Positions 1 through 8,954 of a stretch of DNA of 62,848 bases are shown one piece after another. The first letter of the stretch is position 1, and each line of letters begins with the position of its first letter. The DNA is from an uncultured Gammaproteobacteria bacterium (GTDB lineage Bacteria; Pseudomonadota; Gammaproteobacteria; Ga0077536): the NCBI GenBank assembly GCA_964642505.1, contig CAZXQY010000001.1, forward strand, positions 1-62,848, given 5' to 3'. The notes below the pieces were generated by a model. The model was not told the DNA's origin and searched no databases. It saw only the letters and a program-made list of their open reading frames with translations. The position numbers and the translations under genes were made by a program.

Positions 1-55
1 AGGCATAGCCAGCAGATTTACAGTCTGCCCCCGTTGACCGCTTGGGTACCCCTCC
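1..55 (-). tRNA. tRNA-Tyr (anticodon GTA), 3' part cut off by window edge
   Basis: Reverse complement of 1-55 reads GGAGGGG TA CCCAAGCGGTCAACGGGG GCAGA CTGTAAA TCTGC TGGCTATGCCT. This gives a 7-nt acceptor arm, a D arm, a perfect 5-bp anticodon stem, the loop CTGTAAA (GTA) and the start of a long class-II variable arm. It closely resembles E. coli tRNA-Tyr. Confidence 0.85.
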
Positions 56-105
56 AAAAAGGGCAACCAGTAATTTTCTGAAGTTAGAGCAACAAAGTCA
101 ATACC

Positions 106-657
106 CTATTTCCTAATAGTTTTCCCAGTAAGCCCATTTCGTATGGTAGTGACAGTCTCCATGCCACCCAGGTCACCTGGTAAATAAAAATCTACTCTGT
201 TGCCGAAATTAATTTTGGCATCATGTAGAGTTTTGGGGGCATTTATCCCCGATCTATTAGCGCTGGTCGACAAAACAGGACCGATGTTATCTATTATTTC
301 TCGACACTGACTGTGCGCCGTGACCCTCACCGCCACACAACCATCCATGTCTTTAATCCAAAATGGGACGCTTCCCCGAGCAGGCAAAACCCAAGTATTA
401 GGCCCCGGCCAACCTGCCAGAATTTCTTTCTTCCAGCCAACATCCAATTTAACCGCTTTTGAAACACTATTTAAGTCAGCAAAGAGGACGATGAATTTTT
501 TATCAGGCGGCCTTTCCTTCAAATAGGAAATACGCTCAAAAGCTTGATAGTCGTAGATAGTAGCGGCCAAACCAAATACTGCCTCAGTGGCATGTACTAT
601 AACCCCGCCGTTTTTCAATTTCTCGCAAGCTTCCTGCTCAGGTTTCATGCTATCCAA
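106..657 (-). CDS. tsaC: L-threonylcarbamoyladenylate synthase TsaC (YrdC/Sua5 family)
   Basis: 183-aa ORF with YrdC-fold signatures (GGVIVHATEAVFGLAA, LSTSANRSG). It lies beside the def-fmt block, as yrdC does in E. coli. Confidence 0.9.
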   Translation of the reverse strand: MDSMKPEQEACEKLKNGGVIVHATEAVFGLAATIYDYQAFERISYLKERPPDKKFIVLFADLNSVSKAVKLDVGWKKEILAGWPGPNTWVLPARGSVPFWIKDMDGCVAVRVTAHSQCREIIDNIGPVLSTSANRSGINAPKTLHDAKINFGNRVDFYLPGDLGGMETVTTIRNGLTGKTIRK

Positions 658-675
658 ATAGCGCCAACATCAAAA

Positions 676-3063
676 TTATTGCTTTTTTGCTTTTTTCTTT
701 CTTACCCGCTTGGCTGGAGCCGCAGCTAGAAGCTCTTCGCATTCTTGCAAAGTAAGGTCACTGGGCTCCTTATCTTTGGGAACCTTGGCATTTTTTGAGC
801 CATTCGTAATGTAAGGTCCGTAGCGACCATCCAGAACATCAATCCCCTCATCATCAAAAGACAAAATCTTTTTAGCAGCATCGGCAGCCTTTTTTTCCAA
901 AACCAATGACACGGCCCTATCCAGTGTTATGGTATACGGATCATCAGTGTCCTGCAGCGAGACATATTTCCCCTTCGCCTTAGAACGTGTCTTTTTCTTG
1001 GTCTTTTTCGCAAGCGCCTCATCAGCTTTATCGACGTACATCACATAGGGACCGAACCGACCGCGATTTACAGAATACTCAATGCCGTCCTTCGTACCAA
1101 GTACTCTAGGAAGCCTAGTTGTTTCCAGAGCTTGTTCAAGAGTCACTTCATGTATTTTTGTTCCAGGAGGTAGGCCATGGAAACTAGGCTTTTCCTCGTC
1201 TTCTACGTCGCCTATTATTACATAAGGTCCGTAGCGCCCCATTCTGACAAAAACAGGTTTGCCGCTGGTGGGGTGGGCACCAAGAGATCTCTCTTGCTGA
1301 ATTTCTTTACGCGACACAGACTCTTTTGTCTTCACAGTTTCCTCAAAAGGCCCCCAAAATTCCTCTAGCAAAGATAGCCAATCTCTTTCACCCCTAGAAA
1401 CAGCGTCCAAAGCGTCTTCAAGCTGTGCTGTGAACTCATAGTCCACATACACCGAGAAATGATTTGTCAAAAACCCGGACACCAACCTCCCTACATCAGT
1501 AGGATAAAATCTCTTATTGTCAAGTTCCACGTACTCTCTTTGTTGTAACGTAGCAATAATAGTAGCGTAAGTGGAAGGACGACCGATTCCAAACTCTTCC
1601 AAAGTTTTGACAAGGCTGGCTTCTCCGTAACGAGGCGGTGGGTCCGTGAAATGTTGGTTAGCATTAATACTTTCAAATGTAACCTTATCCCCTTCAGATA
1701 AAGGAGGTAGCTTCTCCGAGGATAGCCCAACCTCTTCCTCTTCTTCAAAATATACTCTCATGAATCCTGGATATTTTACGGTAGACCCCGTAGCTCTAAA
1801 CACCCCATTTCCACCGCAATCAAAGTCCGCCGAAACACTATCAATTACCGCATGAATCATCTGGCTTGCCGTAGCCCTTTTCCAAATTATTTCATATAGC
1901 TTGAATTGGTCTTCAGTTAAATGACCCTTAATTTCCAAGGGGCTTCTTTTGAAAGACGTTGGCCGTATGGCCTCGTGCGCTTCTTGTGCATTTTTGGATT
2001 TGGTCTTAAACACCCGGGGAGTGGCTGGCAACTGGTCTTCCCCATACTGACTTACGACATAACTCCGTAATTCCTCAATCGCATCCGCTGACAGGTTAAC
2101 AGAATCTGTTCTCATGTAAGTGATCAGGCCGACAGTACCCTCGTCGACCTCAATACCCTCGTACAACTGCTGCGCAATCCGCATAGTTTTCTGGGCCGTG
2201 AAACCGATTTTGCGAACAGCTTCTTGCTGCAGCGTCGAAGTGATAAAAGGTGGGGCTGGATTCCGCTTGCGCTGCTTTCTAATGATCTTAGAAACCAACA
2301 TCGATCCACTCCCCGCAGATATCAGCTTGTTTCGGATTTCGGCCGCACTATCGCTGTCAGTAACGCTGAATTGCTTTATTTTTTTTCCGTCATATTCAAT
2401 AAGCTTGGAGTTGAAGGCGGCATCGTCTAGGTTTAAGGTGGACTCTATAGTCCAATATTCTCTTGGTACGAACTTCTCAATTTCAGATTCGCGTTCACAA
2501 ATGAGCCGTAGTGCCGGACTCTGGACACGTCCAGCCGATAATTTGGGTTGTATTTTTTTCCACAACAAAGGAGACAAATTAAAACCGACTAGATAATCTA
2601 AGGCTCTCCTAGCTTGCTGCGCGTTTACTAAATCCATAGAAACTTTTCGTGGTGATGCTATGGCCTGTTTTATTGCGCTCTCTGTTATTTCATTGAATAC
2701 CACACGATGAATGGCCTTCCCCTCTAGGATATTTTTCTGTCTAAATATTTCCACTAAATGCCAAGATATAGCTTCGCCCTCTCGATCCAAGTCTGTGGCT
2801 AGATATAAAACACTTGCCTTTTTGAGAGCTTTTGCTATCGCTTCTACATGTTTAGTGCTTCGATCTGAAACCGTGTAAGTCATTCCGAAGTTAGAATCCG
2901 GATCGACAGCACTTCCACCTTTGGAAGGTAGATCTCTCACATGCCCATATGAGGCCAAAACCTCAAATTTTTTACCTAGATATTTTTTTATAGTCTCTGC
3001 TTTTGCCGGAGACTCTACCACCACTAAATTTTCTGCCATACGAGTCTTGCTCCAATCACTCAA
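676..3063 (-). CDS. topA: DNA topoisomerase I (type IA), zinc-ribbon-less C-terminal domain
   Basis: 795 aa. Toprim N-terminus LVVVESPAKAETIKKYLG, ATDLDREGEAISWH, and active-site Tyr region GLITYMRTDS. The C-terminus has three GR(Y/F)GPY repeats and a Lys-rich tail, with no CxxC motifs. Confidence 0.95.
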   Translation of the reverse strand: MSDWSKTRMAENLVVVESPAKAETIKKYLGKKFEVLASYGHVRDLPSKGGSAVDPDSNFGMTYTVSDRSTKHVEAIAKALKKASVLYLATDLDREGEAISWHLVEIFRQKNILEGKAIHRVVFNEITESAIKQAIASPRKVSMDLVNAQQARRALDYLVGFNLSPLLWKKIQPKLSAGRVQSPALRLICERESEIEKFVPREYWTIESTLNLDDAAFNSKLIEYDGKKIKQFSVTDSDSAAEIRNKLISAGSGSMLVSKIIRKQRKRNPAPPFITSTLQQEAVRKIGFTAQKTMRIAQQLYEGIEVDEGTVGLITYMRTDSVNLSADAIEELRSYVVSQYGEDQLPATPRVFKTKSKNAQEAHEAIRPTSFKRSPLEIKGHLTEDQFKLYEIIWKRATASQMIHAVIDSVSADFDCGGNGVFRATGSTVKYPGFMRVYFEEEEEVGLSSEKLPPLSEGDKVTFESINANQHFTDPPPRYGEASLVKTLEEFGIGRPSTYATIIATLQQREYVELDNKRFYPTDVGRLVSGFLTNHFSVYVDYEFTAQLEDALDAVSRGERDWLSLLEEFWGPFEETVKTKESVSRKEIQQERSLGAHPTSGKPVFVRMGRYGPYVIIGDVEDEEKPSFHGLPPGTKIHEVTLEQALETTRLPRVLGTKDGIEYSVNRGRFGPYVMYVDKADEALAKKTKKKTRSKAKGKYVSLQDTDDPYTITLDRAVSLVLEKKAADAAKKILSFDDEGIDVLDGRYGPYITNGSKNAKVPKDKEPSDLTLQECEELLAAAPAKRVRKKKAKKQ

Positions 3064-3324
3064 AAATGCTCAGACCGGAATCAATTCCCATTTCTATCCG
3101 GATTTAACCAAATAACGCTACTAATTATCCAGGCAAGCGTCCAGGACCTAACTTCGAAATCTAACCCTCACAAAAGTCCGACAAAACCAAAAATTCCCGA
3201 AATTAAGGCAATGTATTCTAATACTTTTGGACCTAGAAAAGTCAATATCAGACTTTTCGGCAAAAAAAATCTGCACAACTGTTACGTTTTCACATAAAAA
3301 AAGTAGAATATAGCGTTATATTCG

Positions 3325-3867
3325 GTGTCAAGTAATTTAAGCCTAAAGATGCACACTATGCTCAGAAAAATTTTACATTATCCCGATCCTAGACTAAGAA
3401 AGATTGCTGCCCGAGTAGAGATTTTTGACCGGACAGTCACTACCCTGACTCAGGATATGTATGAAACTATGTACCATTCGTCTGGAATAGGGCTCGCAGC
3501 TACCCAGGTCGATGTTCATCTTAGGGTAATCGTTATCGATATTAGTCGAGATAAATCCTCTCCTTTGTGCTTGATAAATCCTATTATTGAATCAAAATCG
3601 GGTGTTGTAGAATCTAAGGAAGGATGCTTGTCTGTACCTGAAACAGTAGATTTCGTGGATCGCGCTGAAAATATATCAGTTACCGCCCAGAAAGAGGACG
3701 GATCAAAATTCTCCTTAGAAGCCGAGGGACTCTTAGGGATCTGTATCCAACACGAGGTAGACCACCTAGATGGAAAACTCTTTGTTGATTACCTTTCTTC
3801 GTTGAAGCAGAACAGACTAAAAAAACGTATTCTGAAAAGAGACCTAAAAGAAAGCGTGGTGATTTGA
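3325..3867 (+). CDS. def: peptide deformylase
   Basis: Motifs GIGLAATQV, EGCLSVP and QHEVDHLDG. The ORF opens at GTG 3325. Comparison with known Def N-termini (M..L.ILHxPDxRLR) suggests the true start is ATG 3349 or 3358. Confidence 0.95.
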   Translation: MSSNLSLKMHTMLRKILHYPDPRLRKIAARVEIFDRTVTTLTQDMYETMYHSSGIGLAATQVDVHLRVIVIDISRDKSSPLCLINPIIESKSGVVESKEGCLSVPETVDFVDRAENISVTAQKEDGSKFSLEAEGLLGICIQHEVDHLDGKLFVDYLSSLKQNRLKKRILKRDLKESVVI

Positions 3868-3938
3868 ACCGTATTTACAAGAATTCTGACTAAATACTAT
3901 TTCGGATAACATAACGAAAAGGCTACAAAGGATTTAGG

Positions 3939-4862
3939 TTGGGGAAGTTAAGAACCATATTCGCCGGAACTCCCTATTTTTCGGTGCCCAGCCTCAAACT
4001 ATTGGCCCAACGAGAAGAAATCGACTTGGTGGGCGTCTACACTCAACCAGACAGACCCGCGGGGAGAGGGAAAAACATTCGACAGAGTGAAGTAAAAAAG
4101 ACAGCTACGTATATGGAGACAGTTGTAGTACAACCCATTTCATTAAACACTGAAGAACAATTGTATAAATTCCGTAAACTAGAACCCGAATTTTTCGTCG
4201 TTGCAGCATACGGGCTAATAATTCCCAAAATTTTCTTAGACGTACCTAACTATTGCATTAACGTCCACGCTTCACTTCTACCTAATTGGAGAGGAGCAGC
4301 TCCGATACACCGAGCCCTGATGAATGGCGACCAGACAACAGGTATTTCCATAATGCGAATCACTGAGAAACTCGATGCGGGCCCTGTCTGGAATACAAAA
4401 GAATGCCTTATAGCGGCCGAAGATACTACAAATAGCTTAAGCTATAAATTAGCAGACTTGGGAGCAGAGGCTTTAGACGAAGCTGTCTCAAATATTGTTC
4501 GCGGTACTGTATCAGAAACCGAGCAAGACGATCGTAAAGCTACCTACGCAAAAAAAATATCAAAAAACGATCTTTCCTTAATCTGGTCTAAGCCAGCCCA
4601 AGAGCTCAACCGACAGGTTCGAGCCCTCTCTCCTACACCAGGGGCAAACGCCACTTTCGGCGGCTCAAGGATGAAAATCCTAAGCACCGAAATGACCAAT
4701 GAAGACTTTGGAAACCCTCCAGGAACTATCGATTGTTCGAAAAAGAATATCTTACAAATAGCAACAGGCACCACAGATCTTCGTATTACCAGCTTGCAAC
4801 TACCAGGGAAAAAAGCCATGTCGGCAAAGGACTTTCTAAACGGATACAGGAGTTTACTCTGA
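3939..4862 (+). CDS. fmt: methionyl-tRNA formyltransferase
   Basis: 307 aa with a TTG start. IFAGTPYF N-terminus and HASLLPNWRGAAPIHRA motif. Immediately follows def. Confidence 0.95.
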   Translation: MGKLRTIFAGTPYFSVPSLKLLAQREEIDLVGVYTQPDRPAGRGKNIRQSEVKKTATYMETVVVQPISLNTEEQLYKFRKLEPEFFVVAAYGLIIPKIFLDVPNYCINVHASLLPNWRGAAPIHRALMNGDQTTGISIMRITEKLDAGPVWNTKECLIAAEDTTNSLSYKLADLGAEALDEAVSNIVRGTVSETEQDDRKATYAKKISKNDLSLIWSKPAQELNRQVRALSPTPGANATFGGSRMKILSTEMTNEDFGNPPGTIDCSKKNILQIATGTTDLRITSLQLPGKKAMSAKDFLNGYRSLL

Positions 4863-6172
4863 AAAAAACGACTGCTCAAATCAGACTAATATGCGCCGAA
4901 TCTCTGGAAAGTATTTTATTTGACGGCCGAACTTTGGGTAACGTAACCAGGCGTCTCAGATCGCGATTGCAAAGCAAAAAAGACCTATCATTCGTCCTTG
5001 CCAATCTTTACGGTGTTTTGAGGCATTACTTTTCTGTAAATCAATGCCTTGAGAGCCTAACCCACAAAAGATTTAGCCGGAAAGACAGTGCGCTAAAATC
5101 CTTGTTGCTGACTGGACTGTACCAAATACATTTTATGAAGGTGCCTCTTTACGCCACTGTGTCAGAAAACGTAGAAGCCGTACGACTTATGAACAAACCT
5201 TGGGCAGCAAAGTTGGTGAATGCAGTCCTCAGAAACTCTATAAGACGAAATAGCAAGCTCAGCCTTTTCGAAGAGTCGTCACACTTAGAGCACCCCGTTT
5301 GGTTCATTCAGAAATCCAAAATCGATTGGCCCGACTACTGGCGTGGGATACTCGGGGCCAATAACCAACATGCCCCTTTGACAATTCGAGTCAATCCTAA
5401 CTTCTGCTCTAGGGGGGAATACTCCGATCTGCTGGCGTCACGTGGACTTGAAAATATCTGCACTGAACTCGCAGGCAATGGTATTCGATTAGCTAAACCG
5501 ATAGACCCGATCGCACTACCTTTCTTCGATCAAGGAGCGTGCTCCGTACAAGACGAAGCTGCTCAGCTACCGGCCCTTCTTTTACGTCTTGAGTCAGCAA
5601 GGAACGTTCTCGACCTTTGCGCTGCCCCAGGAGGAAAAACCACTCAAATATTAGAACTTTGCGGAGCAAACACTAAAGTCACTGCGTTAGACAAGGATGA
5701 GGTCAGAGTAGGTCGGCTAAGAGAAAACCTTGTTAGATTAAAACAATCATGCGAGGTTATAGTAGGGGATATTCTAGAAAGTAACTCTTGGTGGAGGGGA
5801 GAGAGATTCGATCGAATACTACTTGACGCACCTTGCAGTGCAAGTGGTGTAGTACGTCGGCATCCGGACATAAAGATAAGAAGGAAAAAAGAAGAATTAG
5901 CCAAATTAAACGAAATGCAACTGCTAATTTTGAAACAATCTTGGACTCTTCTAAAACCCGGCGGCACTCTCTTGTACGTCACCTGCAGTATTTTTCGAGA
6001 TGAAAATGATAATTTGATCGAAAAATTCCTTAAAAGCACTGCTGACGCAATCTGCGACCCCATAGAAGAAAAATGGGGACATATGTTGCAACATGGAAAT
6101 CAAATCCTGCCTGGAGAAAACAACATGGACGGCTTTTATTTTTGTAGGATGATTAAAAAGAAAGAAAAGTAA
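4733..6172 (+). CDS. rsmB: 16S rRNA (cytosine967-C5)-methyltransferase RsmB
   Basis: NusB-like N-domain plus SAM methyltransferase motifs (DLCAAPGGKT, DAPCSASGVVRRHPD, LLYVTCS). The stop is firm. The start is uncertain: ATG 4733 overlaps fmt by 130 nt, and the conserved part begins near 4859. Confidence 0.9.
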   Translation: MFEKEYLTNSNRHHRSSYYQLATTREKSHVGKGLSKRIQEFTLKKTTAQIRLICAESLESILFDGRTLGNVTRRLRSRLQSKKDLSFVLANLYGVLRHYFSVNQCLESLTHKRFSRKDSALKSLLLTGLYQIHFMKVPLYATVSENVEAVRLMNKPWAAKLVNAVLRNSIRRNSKLSLFEESSHLEHPVWFIQKSKIDWPDYWRGILGANNQHAPLTIRVNPNFCSRGEYSDLLASRGLENICTELAGNGIRLAKPIDPIALPFFDQGACSVQDEAAQLPALLLRLESARNVLDLCAAPGGKTTQILELCGANTKVTALDKDEVRVGRLRENLVRLKQSCEVIVGDILESNSWWRGERFDRILLDAPCSASGVVRRHPDIKIRRKKEELAKLNEMQLLILKQSWTLLKPGGTLLYVTCSIFRDENDNLIEKFLKSTADAICDPIEEKWGHMLQHGNQILPGENNMDGFYFCRMIKKKEK

Positions 6173-6732
6173 TGAAAGGATTAATACCTCCAAACATCAT
6201 TCTAATACTCCTTTTGTTATTTAACTCCGTTTCTTTAAGTAGCTCTATAGCGGTTACGGAAGCGACGGTCTTTCTTGAAAACGGTTATTTGACCTTGAAT
6301 AGCAAGGCTGAGTTAAAGCTCACCGATGCCGTCATAGAAGCCCTGGATAGCAATATTTCGATCACTTTTGATTTCGAAGTTGTACTCCGAAAAGAAAGTT
6401 TCGGATTTTGGCAAAGACGATTATTTTCAGAAACATTTAGATTTGACTTATATAAATATACCCTAGGCGAAAGATACGTTATTACTGAGAAAAAACACAA
6501 CTTGCAGAGGAGTTTTCTAACCCTAGATAAAGCCCTAGAATATCTAGGAAATCGACAGCGAATACGGCTGTCAAATGAGCGAAGATCTTTATCCCAAGAC
6601 GTGACTCACCTCGGAGTACGTTGGAAACTTGTAAAAAGCGAATTACCCACTCCCATGGCGTTACCAGCCCTTCTTTCGTCTGACTGGGCTTTAAACAGTC
6701 GATGGCACATCCGAAGAGTAAACTTACGGTGA
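6172..6732 (+). CDS. DUF4390-like secreted protein
   Basis: 186 aa with an N-terminal signal-like hydrophobic segment. It sits between rsmB and an NtrY-type kinase, the context I recall for DUF4390 proteins. The family assignment is from memory, not from a search. Confidence 0.55.
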   Translation: MKGLIPPNIILILLLLFNSVSLSSSIAVTEATVFLENGYLTLNSKAELKLTDAVIEALDSNISITFDFEVVLRKESFGFWQRRLFSETFRFDLYKYTLGERYVITEKKHNLQRSFLTLDKALEYLGNRQRIRLSNERRSLSQDVTHLGVRWKLVKSELPTPMALPALLSSDWALNSRWHIRRVNLR

Positions 6733-8933
6733 CAGAATCTTACAGAAAAATCGGAATCTGTCTTTTTTTTGTTACAGCAATTGGCTCTTTAATTCTCCTA
6801 AATCTGGCGCTTGATGGCCCCTCTAAACTAGGTTCTTTTTATTATCTTATCCTTTCGGCAAATGGACTTTGTTTAATCATTCTTTTTTGTTTGGTGATCA
6901 CAGATATCCGCAAATTAATAAAGCAGCTCGGGAAGAAAGAACCTGGCTCCAAATTGACCTTAAGAATGCTTGTTATGTTTGCGATACTAGCTGTCTTACC
7001 TGTGACGGCACTGTACGGATTCTCCCTTCAATTCATTAATAAAAGTATTGACAGCTGGTTCAACGTAGAGATAAGTAACGCTTTGAATAATTCTTTGGAT
7101 CTAGGTAGAGAATCCCTGGGTATGCTTATGAGAAATTTGCAGAAAGAAACAGAGAAAGTGGCGGAAGACTTATCCAGAAAAAAGCAAGAGCGATTACCTC
7201 TAGATCTTTCGGCACTACGAAATCCAAATAGTCTGGTAGTGTCTAGATATCAATTCCCGAGCGCCGGTCTTATAGACTTACTTAGAAAACGGAGTCAGGC
7301 CGAAGAGCTATCCGTACTGACGATGGATGGTCGCGTGATCGCTGCGAGCTCTTCTAACAGCAATCTTCTTCCGTTGCTACCATCTGAAAATTTGTTCATA
7401 CAATTACGCCAGAAACATAGCTATATAGGTTTAGAACCTAGTAGAGATGGTCAACTAAGCGTGCGCGTAGCTGTCAACACTTCACTCGGTCAGAAACAGC
7501 ACATTCTCCAGGCCATTTATCCTTTCTCACCTCGGATAGATAATTTGGCTAACAACGTAGAGTCTGGATTCGCGAAATATAACGAACTAGCTTATCTAAG
7601 AGACAAACTTAAAATAAGTTTCACAATAACATTGACATTAGTTTTACTTTTTAGCATCGCATCCTCAATCTGGGCCGCCTTCTTCTATGCCCGACTTTTG
7701 ACCTCTCCTATATTGGAACTTTCTAAAGCAACTTCCGCCGTCGCAGAGGGTAATTATGAAACCTCTGTAACAGTCAACAGTAACGACGACTTGGCATCTT
7801 TAGCGCTCTCTTTTAACGAAATGACCCGAAAAATCGCTCGTTCCACGAGTGAGATAGAAAACCAGCGCAACTATTTGGACGCCGTAATGAAACAATTGTC
7901 ATCTGGCGTAATTACCCTTTCCGAAAAAACTAAAATTTCCACCATAAATCGAGCAGCTGCAAAATTACTGGAAATTGAGGAGCGCAAGTCGACTGGTATA
8001 GATTTGTCTTCTCTCGCAACACAAAATAAAAATCTTTCGGGCCTGATCGAAATAATTCAGACTGAACTTACCGGCGCCAAATCATTCTGGGAAAGAAATA
8101 TCAGTCTAGTTGGCTCAAGAAGCAAGAAAGAAATAATATGCAAGGGGACGGTCCTATCGCGGCAAAATTCAACGAATACTGCGCATATTATAGTAATGGA
8201 GGATGTCACCGCCGTACTCCAAGGTCAGAGGGATGCCGCCTGGTCTGAAATGGCAAAAAGATTGGCCCACGAAATAAAGAACCCCCTCACTCCTATTAAG
8301 TTATCAGCTGAACGGTTAATTCTAAAACTATCCGACAAACTCAAAAGTACTGACCGGGATAAGCTTTCTCAACTCTCAGGAACCATTATTGAGCAAGTAG
8401 AAACGATGACTCATATGGTAGACGAATTCTCCGGCTACACTGAAAAAAACAGTTCCAATCTGGAGCCGGTAGACCTAAATATTCTACTAACTAGTGCTGT
8501 ACAATTCTTCCAGGAAGCTGAGCGAACCATCGAAGTTGCGTTACAAAAACCAAAGAAATTACCACTCATAGCCGGGGATATAAATAGCCTCAGAAGATTA
8601 TTTAACAATCTCCTAAAGAACTCCATTGAGGCTTCCGATAAGACTCTACCAACCCGAATTATCATTACCGCTGTACATAGAAAACTCGACCAAGGGGACA
8701 CCATCGAAATAACGATTCTAGATCAAGGATCTGGAATTCCAAAAAACCTACTATCCGCCGTTTTTGAGCCTTACGTCACCAGTAAAGCCAGGGGCAGGGG
8801 ATTAGGTCTAGCAATTGTAAAAAAAATAATTGAGGAACATAATGGTACGATAAAATTAGAAAATTTTGAGGACAATGGAGCTTTAGTGACGGTGCATCTT
8901 CCAGTTATACAATCAGACAAAAAACTCGTTTAA
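6702..8933 (+). CDS. ntrY: NtrY-like sensor histidine kinase (TM-HAMP-PAS-HisKA-HATPase)
   Basis: 743 aa. N-terminal TM segments, H-box LAHEIKNPLTPIKLSAERL, N box LLKNSIEAS, and G boxes DQGSGIP and GRGLGLAIVKKI. The true start may lie downstream of the 31-nt overlap with the previous ORF. Confidence 0.75.
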   Translation: MAHPKSKLTVTESYRKIGICLFFVTAIGSLILLNLALDGPSKLGSFYYLILSANGLCLIILFCLVITDIRKLIKQLGKKEPGSKLTLRMLVMFAILAVLPVTALYGFSLQFINKSIDSWFNVEISNALNNSLDLGRESLGMLMRNLQKETEKVAEDLSRKKQERLPLDLSALRNPNSLVVSRYQFPSAGLIDLLRKRSQAEELSVLTMDGRVIAASSSNSNLLPLLPSENLFIQLRQKHSYIGLEPSRDGQLSVRVAVNTSLGQKQHILQAIYPFSPRIDNLANNVESGFAKYNELAYLRDKLKISFTITLTLVLLFSIASSIWAAFFYARLLTSPILELSKATSAVAEGNYETSVTVNSNDDLASLALSFNEMTRKIARSTSEIENQRNYLDAVMKQLSSGVITLSEKTKISTINRAAAKLLEIEERKSTGIDLSSLATQNKNLSGLIEIIQTELTGAKSFWERNISLVGSRSKKEIICKGTVLSRQNSTNTAHIIVMEDVTAVLQGQRDAAWSEMAKRLAHEIKNPLTPIKLSAERLILKLSDKLKSTDRDKLSQLSGTIIEQVETMTHMVDEFSGYTEKNSSNLEPVDLNILLTSAVQFFQEAERTIEVALQKPKKLPLIAGDINSLRRLFNNLLKNSIEASDKTLPTRIIITAVHRKLDQGDTIEITILDQGSGIPKNLLSAVFEPYVTSKARGRGLGLAIVKKIIEEHNGTIKLENFEDNGALVTVHLPVIQSDKKLV

Positions 8934-8954
8934 AGATAGGCTTCGTTTCTAAAA

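Noticed and set aside
2120-2596. Long ORFs lie antisense to clear genes: 2120-2596 in topA, 13515-13961 in pyrD, 20222-20683 in ubiB, 38504-39055 in ilvI, 54897-55463 in clpB and 62233-62571 in zapD.
   Set aside because: Each lies wholly opposite a gene with strong family motifs. Their translations are low-complexity (Ser/Pro/Thr/Arg-rich) with no recognisable motifs. They are typical shadow ORFs.
3064-3324. The 261-bp topA-def spacer, checked for a dprA/smg pseudogene remnant or a small ORF (a 28-codon ATG ORF near 3210).
   Set aside because: No frame shows DprA- or Smg-like residues. The small ORF has no properly spaced RBS and no recognisable features.
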